A stretch of 64,000 bases of DNA from a virus. The notes beneath the pieces are model-generated. The model was not told where the DNA came from and made no database searches. It saw only the letters and a list, made by a program, of their open reading frames with translations. Shown here in pieces: positions 8,010-17,581 of this stretch. The translations under genes and the position numbers were made by a program. Position 1 is the first letter of the stretch, and each line of letters begins with the position of its first letter. The stretch spans positions 68,428 through 132,427 of the IMG/VR virus record IMGVR_UViG_3300040759_000032, one strand, 5' to 3'.

Positions 8010-10082
8010 GTGAACGAGCAGGGGCACGACCCGGCCGACCTGAGGCTGACCGCAGCCGAGCGGGCGGCCCGCGCGGTGCTGCCCGCGTCCGGGGCCGTCT
8101 GGCTCGCGGCGGAGATCCTGCACTGGGCGGGGCATCACCCCAGCGGCCTGTGGATGGGCGGGGCGACCGCTTTCGCCGCCGCGCTCTCCTTCGGCGCTTC
8201 GGCCCGCTGGGGCGTGCCGCGCCAGCTGCCCGCGTGGATCGTCATCGCCGGCGGCTGGTTCTCCGCGGCCGTCGCGGCGGGCCCCCTGTCCGGGATGCCG
8301 CACCCGCCGCTCACCATCGCCGCCGCCGGGATCGCCCTGTACGCCCGCTGGAAGGCGAACGGCCACGACGCCGTGACCTGCGCCCGCGAGTGGCGGGCCC
8401 AGCGCGCCGGCTGGCTCGGCAAGTCCCGCGAGTGGGGATTCGGCGGCACCCACCTTCTCGACTTCGAGGAGACGCGCCTCGGCGAGCGGTACACCATCGA
8501 CACCCGGGGCACCGGCAAGCGCGCGTCCGCCTTCGCCGGCAACCGGGCCCACGAGGAGTACATCGCCGAGCAGGAGGGCCTGCCCGCCGACCGGGTGCGC
8601 CTCAGCAGGACCCGCCCCGCCGGGCGCCTCACCGTCTCCATCCGCCGCGTCGACCCGTGGGGCGCCCCGGCCCTCCACCCCGCCCTGGCGGGCGACCCCG
8701 ACGGCATCCTGGCCGGCCCTCGCAGCATCCGGCAGCCCGTCGTCATCGGCGAGGATCCCGAGACCGGGGACCCCCTCGGGGTGCCGCTGTGGGACGAGGA
8801 GCGCGGCGCTAAGAACGTCAACGTCGTGGGGATGAAGGGGGCTGGCAAGACGATCCTGCTGAACAACCTCAGCGAGGGGATCACCAGGGCCCCCGACGCG
8901 ATCATGGTCCGGGTCAACCCGTCGATCAAGGGGGGCGCCGAGGTGAGGCGGTGGGGCGTCGCATGCCACCTGACCGCGCTCGGCCCCAAGCAGGGCTCGC
9001 GCGCGGTGCAGGTGCTCCGAGCGGTCAACGCGATCATCGAGTACCGGGCGCAGCAGGACTCCGACACCGACATTTTCGTCCCGTCCCCCCGGGACCCGCT
9101 GATCGTCGTCATCATCGACGAGTCGGACGCGGTCGCCTCGATCGCCGCCGCCCGCGCCGAGCTCGACAAGATCGCCACGAAAGGCCGCGAGTACGGGGTG
9201 GCCCTCGTCCGCGCCGGGCAGCGCGGGACCACGGACTACGGGTCCGCCACGACGCGGTCCCAGGACGAGGTGATATGCCTGGGCGGCGTCAACCGCCCCG
9301 GTGAGGCCTACCACGCCGCCGGGGCCATGGGCCTGAGCATCCCCGACATGACGACCTACGGGGACGGCAAGCCGGGCGTGTGGCTCGTCATCCAGGGGGG
9401 CTCCTACCGGGCCGGGCGGACCTTCCTGCTGAAGCAGCCGCCCGACATCTACCGCATCGCCTGCGAGCGGGCGTTCGCGCAGCCGGAGCTTCCCGCCGCG
9501 TGCCGCGCGTACCTCGATGAGCGACTCAAGGGGCAGTACGACCTCCTCCTGGCCGGCGACGTGTTCGCGCAGTGGGCCCGGGAGCAGCAGGGGGTGACCG
9601 CTCCCCCGGCCTCTGCGCCGCAGCCGGCGGAGGCCGCCGAGGGGGCCGGGAGCGCGTCTTCCCCCGTGGCCACCCTGACCGACATCAGCAACCTCGACTG
9701 GGAGCCCGACATGGACGACGAAACCCGCAGCAGGCTCGCGGACCTCGACGCGAAACTCGGCGGCGTCCGGGACATCATCGCGGGCACCGCCGCCCTCCCG
9801 AAGCCCCCGGAGGTCTCCCGTGAGGCACTGGCGGCGCACACGGCCGAGCGGTGGCGGCGGGTCGGCGAGGAAGCAAAACTGTCCGAAAAAGACCGTAATG
9901 TCCTAATTGAGATGCTAAAGGGGGACGGCACGACAGCCCCCGTCGTCGCCGAGAGGCTCGGGGTGACCCCCTTCATAGCTCGGGGCTACCTCCAGAAGCT
10001 CGCGGACGAGGGACTGGTCCGCCTCGACGGCAAGGGCCGCGGATCCCGCTGGCGCGCCACGGAACCAGGTGACTCCCAGTGA
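8010..10082 (+). CDS. traB: TraB-like FtsK/SpoIIIE-family DNA translocase
   Basis: N-terminal TMs, Walker A GMKGAGKT, Walker B IVVIIDE, GREYGVALVRAGQR, C-terminal winged helix (VVAERLGVTPFIARGYLQKLADEGLV); AAGGAG RBS. Confidence 0.85.
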   Translation: MNEQGHDPADLRLTAAERAARAVLPASGAVWLAAEILHWAGHHPSGLWMGGATAFAAALSFGASARWGVPRQLPAWIVIAGGWFSAAVAAGPLSGMPHPPLTIAAAGIALYARWKANGHDAVTCAREWRAQRAGWLGKSREWGFGGTHLLDFEETRLGERYTIDTRGTGKRASAFAGNRAHEEYIAEQEGLPADRVRLSRTRPAGRLTVSIRRVDPWGAPALHPALAGDPDGILAGPRSIRQPVVIGEDPETGDPLGVPLWDEERGAKNVNVVGMKGAGKTILLNNLSEGITRAPDAIMVRVNPSIKGGAEVRRWGVACHLTALGPKQGSRAVQVLRAVNAIIEYRAQQDSDTDIFVPSPRDPLIVVIIDESDAVASIAAARAELDKIATKGREYGVALVRAGQRGTTDYGSATTRSQDEVICLGGVNRPGEAYHAAGAMGLSIPDMTTYGDGKPGVWLVIQGGSYRAGRTFLLKQPPDIYRIACERAFAQPELPAACRAYLDERLKGQYDLLLAGDVFAQWAREQQGVTAPPASAPQPAEAAEGAGSASSPVATLTDISNLDWEPDMDDETRSRLADLDAKLGGVRDIIAGTAALPKPPEVSREALAAHTAERWRRVGEEAKLSEKDRNVLIEMLKGDGTTAPVVAERLGVTPFIARGYLQKLADEGLVRLDGKGRGSRWRATEPGDSQ

Positions 10083-10102
10083 CCGCCGCGAGCTCGCCGG
10101 CG

Positions 10103-10212
10103 AACGTGAGGAACGTCAGGGCCGGCCGGCCGCCTCGTCTCGCATACGCGCGCGTGGAAACGTTTGATCTAACGTTCCGGCTAACGTTTCCGGGCCCCCG
10201 CGCCTCACGTTT
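10103..10212. repeat. Cluster of AACGT(T) repeats just after traB (candidate clt-like site)
   Basis: AACGT at 10103 and 10112; AACGTT at 10159, 10171, 10183 (12-bp period); CACGTTT at 10206. Confidence 0.45.
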
Positions 10213-10242
10213 CCCCGTCACCGTCAGTGAGCGGGGGAGGGG

Positions 10243-10839
10243 TTGATGATCACCTGGGCTGATGCGGCCAGCCAGCTCGCCGAGGACATCCGCGAGCCCG
10301 GCTTCGACATCGCCGCCCTCGTCGCCTCCGCCTGGCGCGCCCGCGTCGACCCGTACGCCACCCGCAGCCTCATTTCCGCAGCTCACATCCTCGCAGGCCC
10401 CGAGGTCATGCGCCGCCTGTGGGACCAGGCTGAACCCTGCCCGAGCGACGGCGCGCTGCTCGAGGCCGCGGAAGGGCTCGAGGCGCAGGTCGCCCACATG
10501 CTCCGCCACGCGATCGGCATGGCCGCCGACTGCGAGAGCACCCGGGACCGGGCCGCAGGCGACTACCGCGCCGCAGTCGCCCGCGCGCAGGCCCCGGCGG
10601 AGGGGAACAGGGCAGATCCCGCCCTGGCGCAGGTCATGCAGGCGGCACGCGCGGCGGTCGCCGGCTGCGAGGCGGCCCTCGACATCCTCGAAGCCGTCCA
10701 GGCGCAGCTCAAACAGGCCCTCGACTCGCTCCGCCAGGCCCCCGCCGAGCTTGCCGACACCTACGAGGCGGCCTACGACCTGCTGCGAGGCGGCGGGAGC
10801 CTGCCCCGCTCCGGCCACTTCCTGACCGGCGCGGCGTGA
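10243..10839 (+). CDS. Helical hypothetical protein
   Basis: GGAGG RBS; GC3-rich; Ala-rich coiled coil. Confidence 0.65.
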   Translation: MMITWADAASQLAEDIREPGFDIAALVASAWRARVDPYATRSLISAAHILAGPEVMRRLWDQAEPCPSDGALLEAAEGLEAQVAHMLRHAIGMAADCESTRDRAAGDYRAAVARAQAPAEGNRADPALAQVMQAARAAVAGCEAALDILEAVQAQLKQALDSLRQAPAELADTYEAAYDLLRGGGSLPRSGHFLTGAA

Positions 10840-10853
10840 ACCCCCCCTGAGAC

Positions 10854-10891
10854 GTGACCGCCCGGCTAATGCGGCCCGGCCGGGCGGTCAC
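10854..10891. terminator. Hairpin, putative terminator
   Basis: 13-bp perfect inverted repeat GTGACCGCCCGGC/GCCGGGCGGTCAC. Confidence 0.55.
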
Positions 10892-10951
10892 CCCGAAACC
10901 CCTGAAACGATCTTGGAGGCAGGCGACGATGGACGGTATGGGTGGATCCTC

Positions 10952-11698
10952 ATGATCAGCAAAGGCGAACCCCGGACCGCGCTGTACCGCTTCTACGGCA
11001 CGGACGAGACGCTGCTCTACGTCGGGATCACGGATGATCCATGGCGCAGGTGGCGCGAGCACGTCCAGACTCAGCCGTGGTATCCGCTGGTCAAGCATCA
11101 GGCCATCACCTGGTACGAGGACAGGCTGGCCGCCGAGATCGCGGAGCGGGTGGCGATCCGTCGCGAACGACCGCGCTTCAATATCGCGGGGGCAGTCCGC
11201 CCTGTCGCGGTCGAGCTTCCCGCAGAGCTTGTGCTGCACCCGCCAGCCGTGCTGGAGGTTCCCGCAAAGCCCGCTTCCTGGTCTCAGCCCGAATCCCGGC
11301 CGGATCCGCCGCCCGAGGTTCGGCCTAGATTGCGCCCGGAACCTGCCCCTGAGCCAGAGCCTGAAGGGGAGCCGACCGCGCTCCCTGAGCCAAAGGTTGC
11401 CCCGGCGCCGCTCATGATCCCGGGGACGGCGCCTGCGGGCTGGCAGGCGGACCCGCTGCTGAACACCAGGCGGGGTCGCCGGATTCTGATGACCGTCATG
11501 GTTTGCGTCGTATGGGCGTTCCTGCCGTCATTCCCAGGCATGCCGTTCAGCTGGCGCAGCCCCTGGATGGAAGGGCTCGTCATCAGCACCATCATCCCGG
11601 TGCTCGTGATTCTGGTAATCGCGTTCGCGCCCAAGCTCCACAGGCTCGGGCGGTGGCTCGACGCCAGCTTCGGACCCCCGAGGGAGTTCTGCGAATGA
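10952..11698 (+). CDS. GIY-YIG-like nuclease domain with Pro-rich linker and two C-terminal TM helices
   Basis: ALYRFY...LLYVGITDDPWRRWREH...AERVAIRRERPRFN. Confidence 0.7.
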   Translation: MISKGEPRTALYRFYGTDETLLYVGITDDPWRRWREHVQTQPWYPLVKHQAITWYEDRLAAEIAERVAIRRERPRFNIAGAVRPVAVELPAELVLHPPAVLEVPAKPASWSQPESRPDPPPEVRPRLRPEPAPEPEPEGEPTALPEPKVAPAPLMIPGTAPAGWQADPLLNTRRGRRILMTVMVCVVWAFLPSFPGMPFSWRSPWMEGLVISTIIPVLVILVIAFAPKLHRLGRWLDASFGPPREFCE

Positions 11699-12792
11699 CC
11701 GCGCCCAAGCTCTCCGGCGGGCAGCGGTGGCTGGCTGTCGGCGTGGTCACGCTCGGCCTCGCGCTCACCCCGATCGCGTTCGGGGTCATGTACGTCACCG
11801 TCACGGACCTCCTGCGGGCCTCGTTCGGCACCCTCGCGTGGACGGTGCCGGTCGGCACGGAGGTCGGCTTCCTCGGCCTGTTCCTCGCGGACCTGCTGCT
11901 GGAGTGGATACACAAGCCGCTGCGCTGGCTGCACGCCGCGCCCTACGTCCTGGCGGCCGTGTCCCTGTGCCTGAACGCCCTCGCCGCGCGGGGCTCTCTC
12001 GCGGCCACGCTCGGGCACGCCGTGCTGCCCCTGGTGTTCTTCGGGTACCTGCTCGCCGCGAAGGCCGTCGTCCGCCGCCTCGTCGCCGACGACGACGCGC
12101 GCAGGCACGAGGTCGCGCTGGCCGACGCGCGAGCGCACGCCCACGACATTCTCCGGTCGGCCTTCGGTGTCTTCTGGCGACTCCACGCCCCGGTGCTGCT
12201 GCGCCGCCAGTTGCGCTCCGGACGCCTCCCGGCGAAAGTCCTGGAGGCCATCGAGAGCGGCGCGAGGTTCGGCGGGGCGACCGTCTGGGAGCCTGCCGTG
12301 GAGGCGTGGATCACGACGGCCGTGGTGCTCCCGGAGAGGTTCGCCGGAGTGCTCGCGGCAGCCCGCGCGGAGGCATCCCAGAGCGCCCCCGCGAGTGTCA
12401 TCCGGAGCGCCCTGGAGGTTGCCCCTGGAGGCATTGGGAGCGACCCCGGCGGAGTGCCGGCGGATGCCTCCGGAACCGCTCCGGGGAGTGTCCCGCAGAG
12501 CGCTCCCGCGGCGCGCGGCGTCACTTCGGGGCGCGCCTCGGGAGGTACCTCCGGGAGGCATGCGCGACTGGTCCCGTCGAAGGCGACGAACGAGGAGCTG
12601 GCCGATCTCGTGGTGCCCCTGCTGGCCAAGGGCGCGGTGTCGAAGTACCGCGTGATCGAGGTCGTGCGGGAGGCGGCAGGCGGCAAGGGGAAGCCGAGCA
12701 TCGGCGACGAGCGGGCCGGCGCGGTGCTCTCGCTGGCGCACGAGCGGGCCGGGGCTACGGTGCTCCAGCTCGACTCCCGGAAGCACGCGTAA
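11695..12792 (+). CDS. DUF2637/SpdA-like membrane protein with C-terminal HTH-like tail
   Basis: Four TM helices (AWTVPVGTE, SLCLNA, HAVLPL) typical of actinomycete conjugative-element spread proteins. Confidence 0.65.
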   Translation: MTAPKLSGGQRWLAVGVVTLGLALTPIAFGVMYVTVTDLLRASFGTLAWTVPVGTEVGFLGLFLADLLLEWIHKPLRWLHAAPYVLAAVSLCLNALAARGSLAATLGHAVLPLVFFGYLLAAKAVVRRLVADDDARRHEVALADARAHAHDILRSAFGVFWRLHAPVLLRRQLRSGRLPAKVLEAIESGARFGGATVWEPAVEAWITTAVVLPERFAGVLAAARAEASQSAPASVIRSALEVAPGGIGSDPGGVPADASGTAPGSVPQSAPAARGVTSGRASGGTSGRHARLVPSKATNEELADLVVPLLAKGAVSKYRVIEVVREAAGGKGKPSIGDERAGAVLSLAHERAGATVLQLDSRKHA

Positions 12793-12822
12793 CCAATGCC
12801 CCACCTACGAACGGAGACCGGA

Positions 12823-12963
12823 ATGCTGTTCAACGTCATCGGCAGCGTCATCGTCGGCCTGATTGTCATCGCCTCGGTGTGGGCGTGCTGCAGCGCGAGC
12901 CTGACCGTTCCGCCGAAGGATCTCGCGCGCCGCTGGCGCGCGGAGACCCGCGGCCGACGCTAA
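12823..12963 (+). CDS. 46-aa single-TM protein
   Basis: Hand translation MLFNVIGSVIVGLIVIASVWACC...; GGAG RBS. Confidence 0.5.
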   Translation: MLFNVIGSVIVGLIVIASVWACCSASLTVPPKDLARRWRAETRGRR

Positions 12964-13035
12964 CGGGGAGCTCGCCCCCCGGTACTTTTTCCACGTCCTG
13001 AACTAACGTCTGGGCCTCGAGCGGGCCGCACGGCA

Positions 13036-13070
13036 GAGAGGCTCCCGTCATCACCTGACGGGAGCCTCTC
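13036..13070. terminator. Bidirectional terminator hairpin between convergent operons
   Basis: 15-bp perfect stem GAGAGGCTCCCGTCA-TCACC-TGACGGGAGCCTCTC. Confidence 0.75.
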
Positions 13071-13081
13071 GCGATCCGCGC

Positions 13082-13351
13082 TCAGTCCTCCCAGGAGAGC
13101 CTGTGCTTGTCCTCGCCTCCGCACCGCACCGCGGCGGCCCGGTCCGCAGGCGTCAGCATCATCTGGTTCTCCTGCGGCGCGAGGTTGATCTCGCCCGCCT
13201 GGTACATCCCGACCAGGGTCCGGTCGAGGTCGGCGACCCGCCCGCCGAGGGCCTCGCGCAGGAGACGGATGCTGACGAACTCGCCGGGCCTCGGGGCGAG
13301 GCCCTCATAGGCCTCTGCGATCGCGCCCTGGTCGATGGCGTCCGCGCTCAT
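13082..13351 (-). CDS. Hypothetical winged-helix-like protein
   Basis: FVSIRLLREALG...DRAAAVRCGGEDKH; coupled ORF. Confidence 0.6.
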   Translation of the reverse strand: MSADAIDQGAIAEAYEGLAPRPGEFVSIRLLREALGGRVADLDRTLVGMYQAGEINLAPQENQMMLTPADRAAAVRCGGEDKHRLSWED

Positions 13352-13509
13352 CGCGCGGCCGGCGTGATGACGACGCCGGGGGCGTCGGCGCGGAGCTCGA
13401 GCATGTGCTCGTTGCCGTTGCCGTAGGCGGCGAACACCGGGCCGCCGTCGCGCGCCTGCATGACGGTGGCCTCGATGGTGATGGTGACCTTGGTTCCCGG
13501 CTGGATCAT
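13348..13509 (-). CDS. Hypothetical small protein
   Basis: GAGGAGAG RBS; ATGA overlap. Confidence 0.55.
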   Translation of the reverse strand: MIQPGTKVTITIEATVMQARDGGPVFAAYGNGNEHMLELRADAPGVVITPAAR

Positions 13510-13562
13510 TTCCCTCTCCTCAGGTTGCGTTGCTTTGCGCAGGCGGCCCCGACTTCGCCTCG

Positions 13563-13955
13563 TCAGGCGGCCTTCACGATCGTGCGGCGGGAGGCGATGG
13601 CCAGGACCCGGGCGGCGAGCTCGTGGTAGCACTTCCGGTCCTTCGCCCCGGCCGGGCAGGTGCAGCTGTGCCCGTCGGTGGCGTAGGTCGCGTCGCCCTT
13701 GCTGGACACGGCCTCGAACAGGCCGGGCGCCTGGGCGACGATCCCGCCGTCGCGGATGAGCTCGTCGGCCTTGGCGGCCTGCTCGGGGGTGAAGTCCGCG
13801 CGGGCCTCGTCAAGCTGGGCCTGGCGGATCTTCCGCAGGCAGACCGGGCCGTACCCTGCGGCGACCGACTTGGCGCTGGTCAGCTTCCGGCCGCAGCCAG
13901 GGCGGAGGCAGCGGTGCTCGGGGGCGGGGGTCTGGGTGCTCGCGGCGTTGCTCAT
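13563..13955 (-). CDS. DUF6011-like zinc finger plus SWIM zinc finger protein
   Basis: CLRPGCGRKLTSAKSVAAGYGPVC and CTCPAG...CYH. Confidence 0.75.
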   Translation of the reverse strand: MSNAASTQTPAPEHRCLRPGCGRKLTSAKSVAAGYGPVCLRKIRQAQLDEARADFTPEQAAKADELIRDGGIVAQAPGLFEAVSSKGDATYATDGHSCTCPAGAKDRKCYHELAARVLAIASRRTIVKAA

Positions 13956-14028
13956 GAGTAAGACTATACACATACTTGTGTAGGTACGCAACTAGGTTTG
14001 CCTACAGAGACAGGTGTATCCTGAATCC
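13956..14028. promoter_or_regulatory. Back-to-back leaderless promoters
   Basis: Minus-strand TATAGT 7 nt before ATG 13955; plus-strand TATCCT 6 nt before ATG 14029; TTG-type -35 elements in between. Confidence 0.6.
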
Positions 14029-14262
14029 ATGGACACCGACGACCTCATCGCTGCCGAGCTGCGCGACTCGCAAGCCGCCGTGCTCACCATCGACCCGATC
14101 CGGCGCCGACGGCAGGCAGCCGTCATGGCCGCGCTGGACGCCCACTGGACGAAGTACCGCATCGCAGCCGAGCTCGGCGTCGCCGCACCCACAGTCGACT
14201 CGATCATCGAGACGGTCCGCAGGGAGCGCGACAAGGCCGCCCGCAAGGACGGCGCCGGGTAA
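14029..14262 (+). CDS. Small HTH protein
   Basis: WTKYRIAAELGVAAPTVDSII. Confidence 0.65.
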   Translation: MDTDDLIAAELRDSQAAVLTIDPIRRRRQAAVMAALDAHWTKYRIAAELGVAAPTVDSIIETVRRERDKAARKDGAG

Positions 14263-14388
14263 GGCGTTGCGGCGTTCGGTAGTCGCGCACGGTCGACTAC
14301 TCCGGATATACGCCCGCCAATCACCCCAGCCAGCACGCCCCGCGTGTCCCGGTCGCACCATCCGCGCCCGTGCGTGATCATTTGCACC

Positions 14389-15669
14389 ATGGGACGCTGG
14401 TCAATCTCCTTCCGCTCATCCGACTTCAACGGCGACGACCGGCACTCCCGCGCGAAACGGGGCCGCCAGCAGGCCCCCGACCTCACCCCGCAGGCGAGCG
14501 GCGAGGGTCAGCGCGAGTGCCCCCGCGGAGCCTTGTGCGCCTCCTCGACCCGAGACGCCGAGGGAACATGGCACCCGCTCCTCATCAACGGCGCGTTCTG
14601 CCCCGCCGACGAGTCCGCCATAGCCAACGCCCTCCCCGGCCTCCCTCGCAGCTACTTCCTCCTCGCCGCGAGGATCGGCGACCCCGTCCGCTCCGGCCGC
14701 GGCGTCCGCCGCCCGCCGGGCTCCCGGGTCCTGATCGACGCCGAGGCCGACGCCCTCCTCCGCACCTCCGCCGCCGTGCTCATGGGGTGGGCGTCGCGCG
14801 TCCGCCACGTCCCCGGCCTGCAGCTCTCGCCGAACCGGCACCTCCCGGACAAGCCCGAGGGGGTCCGGGACAACTGCGGGGTCCTCGCGAGGCACGTCAC
14901 GCAGATGCTCGCCCTCCCGCCGGGCCCGGTGACCCGCACCTGGACCTGGCGGCCCGGCTGGGGCAACGGCCGCCCCGCCGCCGTCCCGTGCCTGCGCTGC
15001 GGGCTGCCCGTCTCGCCGTCACCGTCGGGGAGGCGCTGGTGGCCCGCCGTCTGCGCGCACACCCTCTCCGTCGTCGCGGCGTACGCGGAGGGCGAGGACG
15101 GGGCGATGATCCCGGCAGCATGGGCCTGCGCCGCCTGCTCGAAGCGCCTGCCCCCGGAGCGCGGCCCCGCCCCGCGCTGCGACCACCAGGCGGCGGCCCC
15201 TGCGGCATGGCGCCCCGCCGACGACTACGCCGAGGTCGAGGAGGAGATCGGCCACCTCGAGATCGTCCACGCAGGGGACGGCTGGGCGACCGTCGTGACC
15301 GAGCTGTCCGGCGTCGACGCCGGCCTGGACGTCCTCGACCTCGCGGCGAGGTTCAGGAAGTCGCTCGCGGAGTCCCCGGCGCGCCCCGAGCCCCTGCACG
15401 GCATCCCCTGCCGGAACTGCCCGAAGATGTCGGCCCTCGTCCGCGCCGAACCGCCGTCGGACCCGTCATCGAAGGCGATGCACTCCCGCTGCACCGAGTG
15501 CGGCGACGTGATGGACAAGGACGAGTACGACGACTGGGTGCGCCAGTGGAACGCCTACGCCAAGGGCGGCGGGAAGCCCCCGACGTGCAGGCTCTGCGAG
15601 CTCGACCGATGCCGGGAGTGCTCTTGGCGGGCGTGCGGGTGCGCCAAACCCGCCCACCGGGCGGCCTGA
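14389..15669 (+). CDS. Multi-zinc-ribbon protein, possible late-gene regulator
   Basis: Several CxxC pairs (CRNC, CTECG, CRLC); lies just before the packaging operon. Confidence 0.6.
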   Translation: MGRWSISFRSSDFNGDDRHSRAKRGRQQAPDLTPQASGEGQRECPRGALCASSTRDAEGTWHPLLINGAFCPADESAIANALPGLPRSYFLLAARIGDPVRSGRGVRRPPGSRVLIDAEADALLRTSAAVLMGWASRVRHVPGLQLSPNRHLPDKPEGVRDNCGVLARHVTQMLALPPGPVTRTWTWRPGWGNGRPAAVPCLRCGLPVSPSPSGRRWWPAVCAHTLSVVAAYAEGEDGAMIPAAWACAACSKRLPPERGPAPRCDHQAAAPAAWRPADDYAEVEEEIGHLEIVHAGDGWATVVTELSGVDAGLDVLDLAARFRKSLAESPARPEPLHGIPCRNCPKMSALVRAEPPSDPSSKAMHSRCTECGDVMDKDEYDDWVRQWNAYAKGGGKPPTCRLCELDRCRECSWRACGCAKPAHRAA

Positions 15670-15703
15670 CCGGCGACACGCCCCTGCGCATTGACGACCC
15701 TCG

Positions 15704-15733
15704 TTGAAAGCAGGCAGGCCGGGGGTATAGCCT
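15704..15733 (+). promoter_or_regulatory. Putative late promoter
   Basis: TTGAAA at 15704 and TATAGCCT at 15726-15733, in the intergenic gap. Confidence 0.4.
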
Positions 15734-15798
15734 CTCCGGGTAGCAGGTGTATTGCGCCCGCTGCCCGCCCCGCCGTGAAGCGACCGGTTCGAGGGCGG

Positions 15799-16086
15799 GT
15801 GAGCATGACCCCCTCCCGCCCCGATGGCTTCCTCACAACGCGCGAGGCGGCCGACCTCATCTGCGTCAGCCGCAAGACGATCCAGGCCTGGCGGCGCGCC
15901 GGATGGCTCCCCACCCAGGGCCTCGACGAGCGCGGCTACCCCCTCCACACCCCCGAAGCGGTCCGCGCCGCCGAGCTGCGGGTGCACGAGAACGGGATCG
16001 CGAAGGGCGGCTACGACCCCCGCCGCCTCAGGGGCCGGCCCCGCGAGCCCGAGGCGACGCAGGCGGACTCGGAGATCGCGGCCTAG
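15799..16086 (+). CDS. MerR/excisionase-like HTH protein
   Basis: LTTREAADLICVSRKTIQAWRRAGWL. Confidence 0.75.
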   Translation: MSMTPSRPDGFLTTREAADLICVSRKTIQAWRRAGWLPTQGLDERGYPLHTPEAVRAAELRVHENGIAKGGYDPRRLRGRPREPEATQADSEIAA

Positions 16087-16244
16087 TGACCGTCACAGTC
16101 GCCGAGGAAGGCCTCCGCCACTGGGCGCTCATCAGCGGAACCGTCTGCTGCGGCCCGGGCCATGCCGACGCGCTGGAAGCGGCACGGCACGCGTGGATGC
16201 TCACGAGGGCGATCGCCCGGCGCGAGGCGAAGGCGGCGGTGTGA
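16086..16244 (+). CDS. Hypothetical small protein
   Basis: TAGTG overlap. Confidence 0.45.
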   Translation: MTVTVAEEGLRHWALISGTVCCGPGHADALEAARHAWMLTRAIARREAKAAV

Positions 16245-16245
16245 C

Positions 16246-17502
16246 GTGCCGGCTACGTGGCTCGCCACCAAGGACGTCCCGCTCGCCGACCTCGAGCGCT
16301 TCCCCGGCAACGCCCGGCGCGGCAACGTCGGAGAAATCCGCAAGAGCATCAAGCGCCACGGCCAGTACCGGTCCCTCGTCGTCCGCTCCCATGACGGCAA
16401 GCTGACGATCCTCGCGGGCAACCACACCCGCGACGCGCTCGAGGCCGAGGGCTTCGACGGCGCACGGTGCGAGATCATCGAGTGCGACGACGCCGAGGCG
16501 CGCAGGATCAACGCGGCAGACAACCGCCTAGGCGAGCTGCCCGACCCTGAGACGGGCGAGCGGTACGACGGCGACGCCCTCGCCGAACTGCTCGGCTCAT
16601 TCGAGGGCGACTTCGACGGCACCGGGTGGACCGAGGAAGACCTCGCCGACCTGCTGGCCGAAGGCGAGCCTGACCCCGTGGGGGGGGGCGGTGATCCGGA
16701 CGACTCGCCGGAGCCTCCGGCGGAACCGGTGTCCGCTCACGGGGACCTGTACCTACTGGGCCCGCACCGGCTCCTCTGCGGCGACGCGACGAACCCCGAC
16801 GACCTGAAGCGGGTCACGGACGGGCACGGCGAGATCGGGATCGTCTACACCGACCCGCCGTACGGTATCAAGGCGGTCCCGAAGGATGGCGGCGCGAGCC
16901 GGGGCGGCCGGTTCCGAGGTAAAAGCGGGACCGGCGACTTCATCTCACCGAACATCTACTCGCCGGTTGCCGGCGATGACTCCACCGAAACCGTGAGGGA
17001 CTCATTCGGCCTGCTGACGGCAGAGTACCCGCACGCTGCCCACGTCTGGTGGGGCGGCAACCACTTCGCTGCCTCGGCCGGGCTCCCTGACGCAACCTGC
17101 TGGCTGGTCTGGGACAAAGACAACACCGGCGACTTCGCCGACGCCGAACTCGCGTGGACGAGCCACCATGGCCCGGTCCGCCTGCTGCGGCACATGTGGA
17201 ACGGCATGCTCCGCGCCTCCGAGCGGGGCAAACGAGTGCACCCGACACAGAAGCCCGTGGCGCTCGCAGAGTGGGCCTTCACTGTAATGGATCCCAAGAA
17301 TGAGCGGAAGACCGTCCTCGACGTGTTCGGCGGTTCGGGCTCCACCCTGATCGCAGCCCACCGCACCAAGCGCACGGCGGCGGTGGTCGAGATGGAGCCC
17401 GCGTACGTGGATGTGATCGCCCGCCGCTACGAAGAGGCCACGCAGGACATCCCGCTCCGGGTGCTCCCTGACGGCGGCACCGTCCCCGTCTCCTTCACCT
17501 GA
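16246..17502 (+). CDS. ParB-like domain fused to N4/N6 DNA methyltransferase (beta class)
   Basis: NARRG...ILAGNHT...ADNR, then DPPY, HPTQKP and VLDVFGGSGSTLIAA. Confidence 0.9.
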   Translation: MPATWLATKDVPLADLERFPGNARRGNVGEIRKSIKRHGQYRSLVVRSHDGKLTILAGNHTRDALEAEGFDGARCEIIECDDAEARRINAADNRLGELPDPETGERYDGDALAELLGSFEGDFDGTGWTEEDLADLLAEGEPDPVGGGGDPDDSPEPPAEPVSAHGDLYLLGPHRLLCGDATNPDDLKRVTDGHGEIGIVYTDPPYGIKAVPKDGGASRGGRFRGKSGTGDFISPNIYSPVAGDDSTETVRDSFGLLTAEYPHAAHVWWGGNHFAASAGLPDATCWLVWDKDNTGDFADAELAWTSHHGPVRLLRHMWNGMLRASERGKRVHPTQKPVALAEWAFTVMDPKNERKTVLDVFGGSGSTLIAAHRTKRTAAVVEMEPAYVDVIARRYEEATQDIPLRVLPDGGTVPVSFT

Positions 17503-17581
17503 ACCCGTTCCGCCAACGCATGGAATGGCCAACGCCCCAGGGTGGTGAGCGCCCACGCCCCCCCGCCGCACCTCCGCCGCG

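Noticed and set aside
16246-17502. ParB-methyltransferase as a restriction-modification or partition system
   Set aside because: This fusion next to terminase is common in phages; no cognate restriction enzyme or ParA seen.
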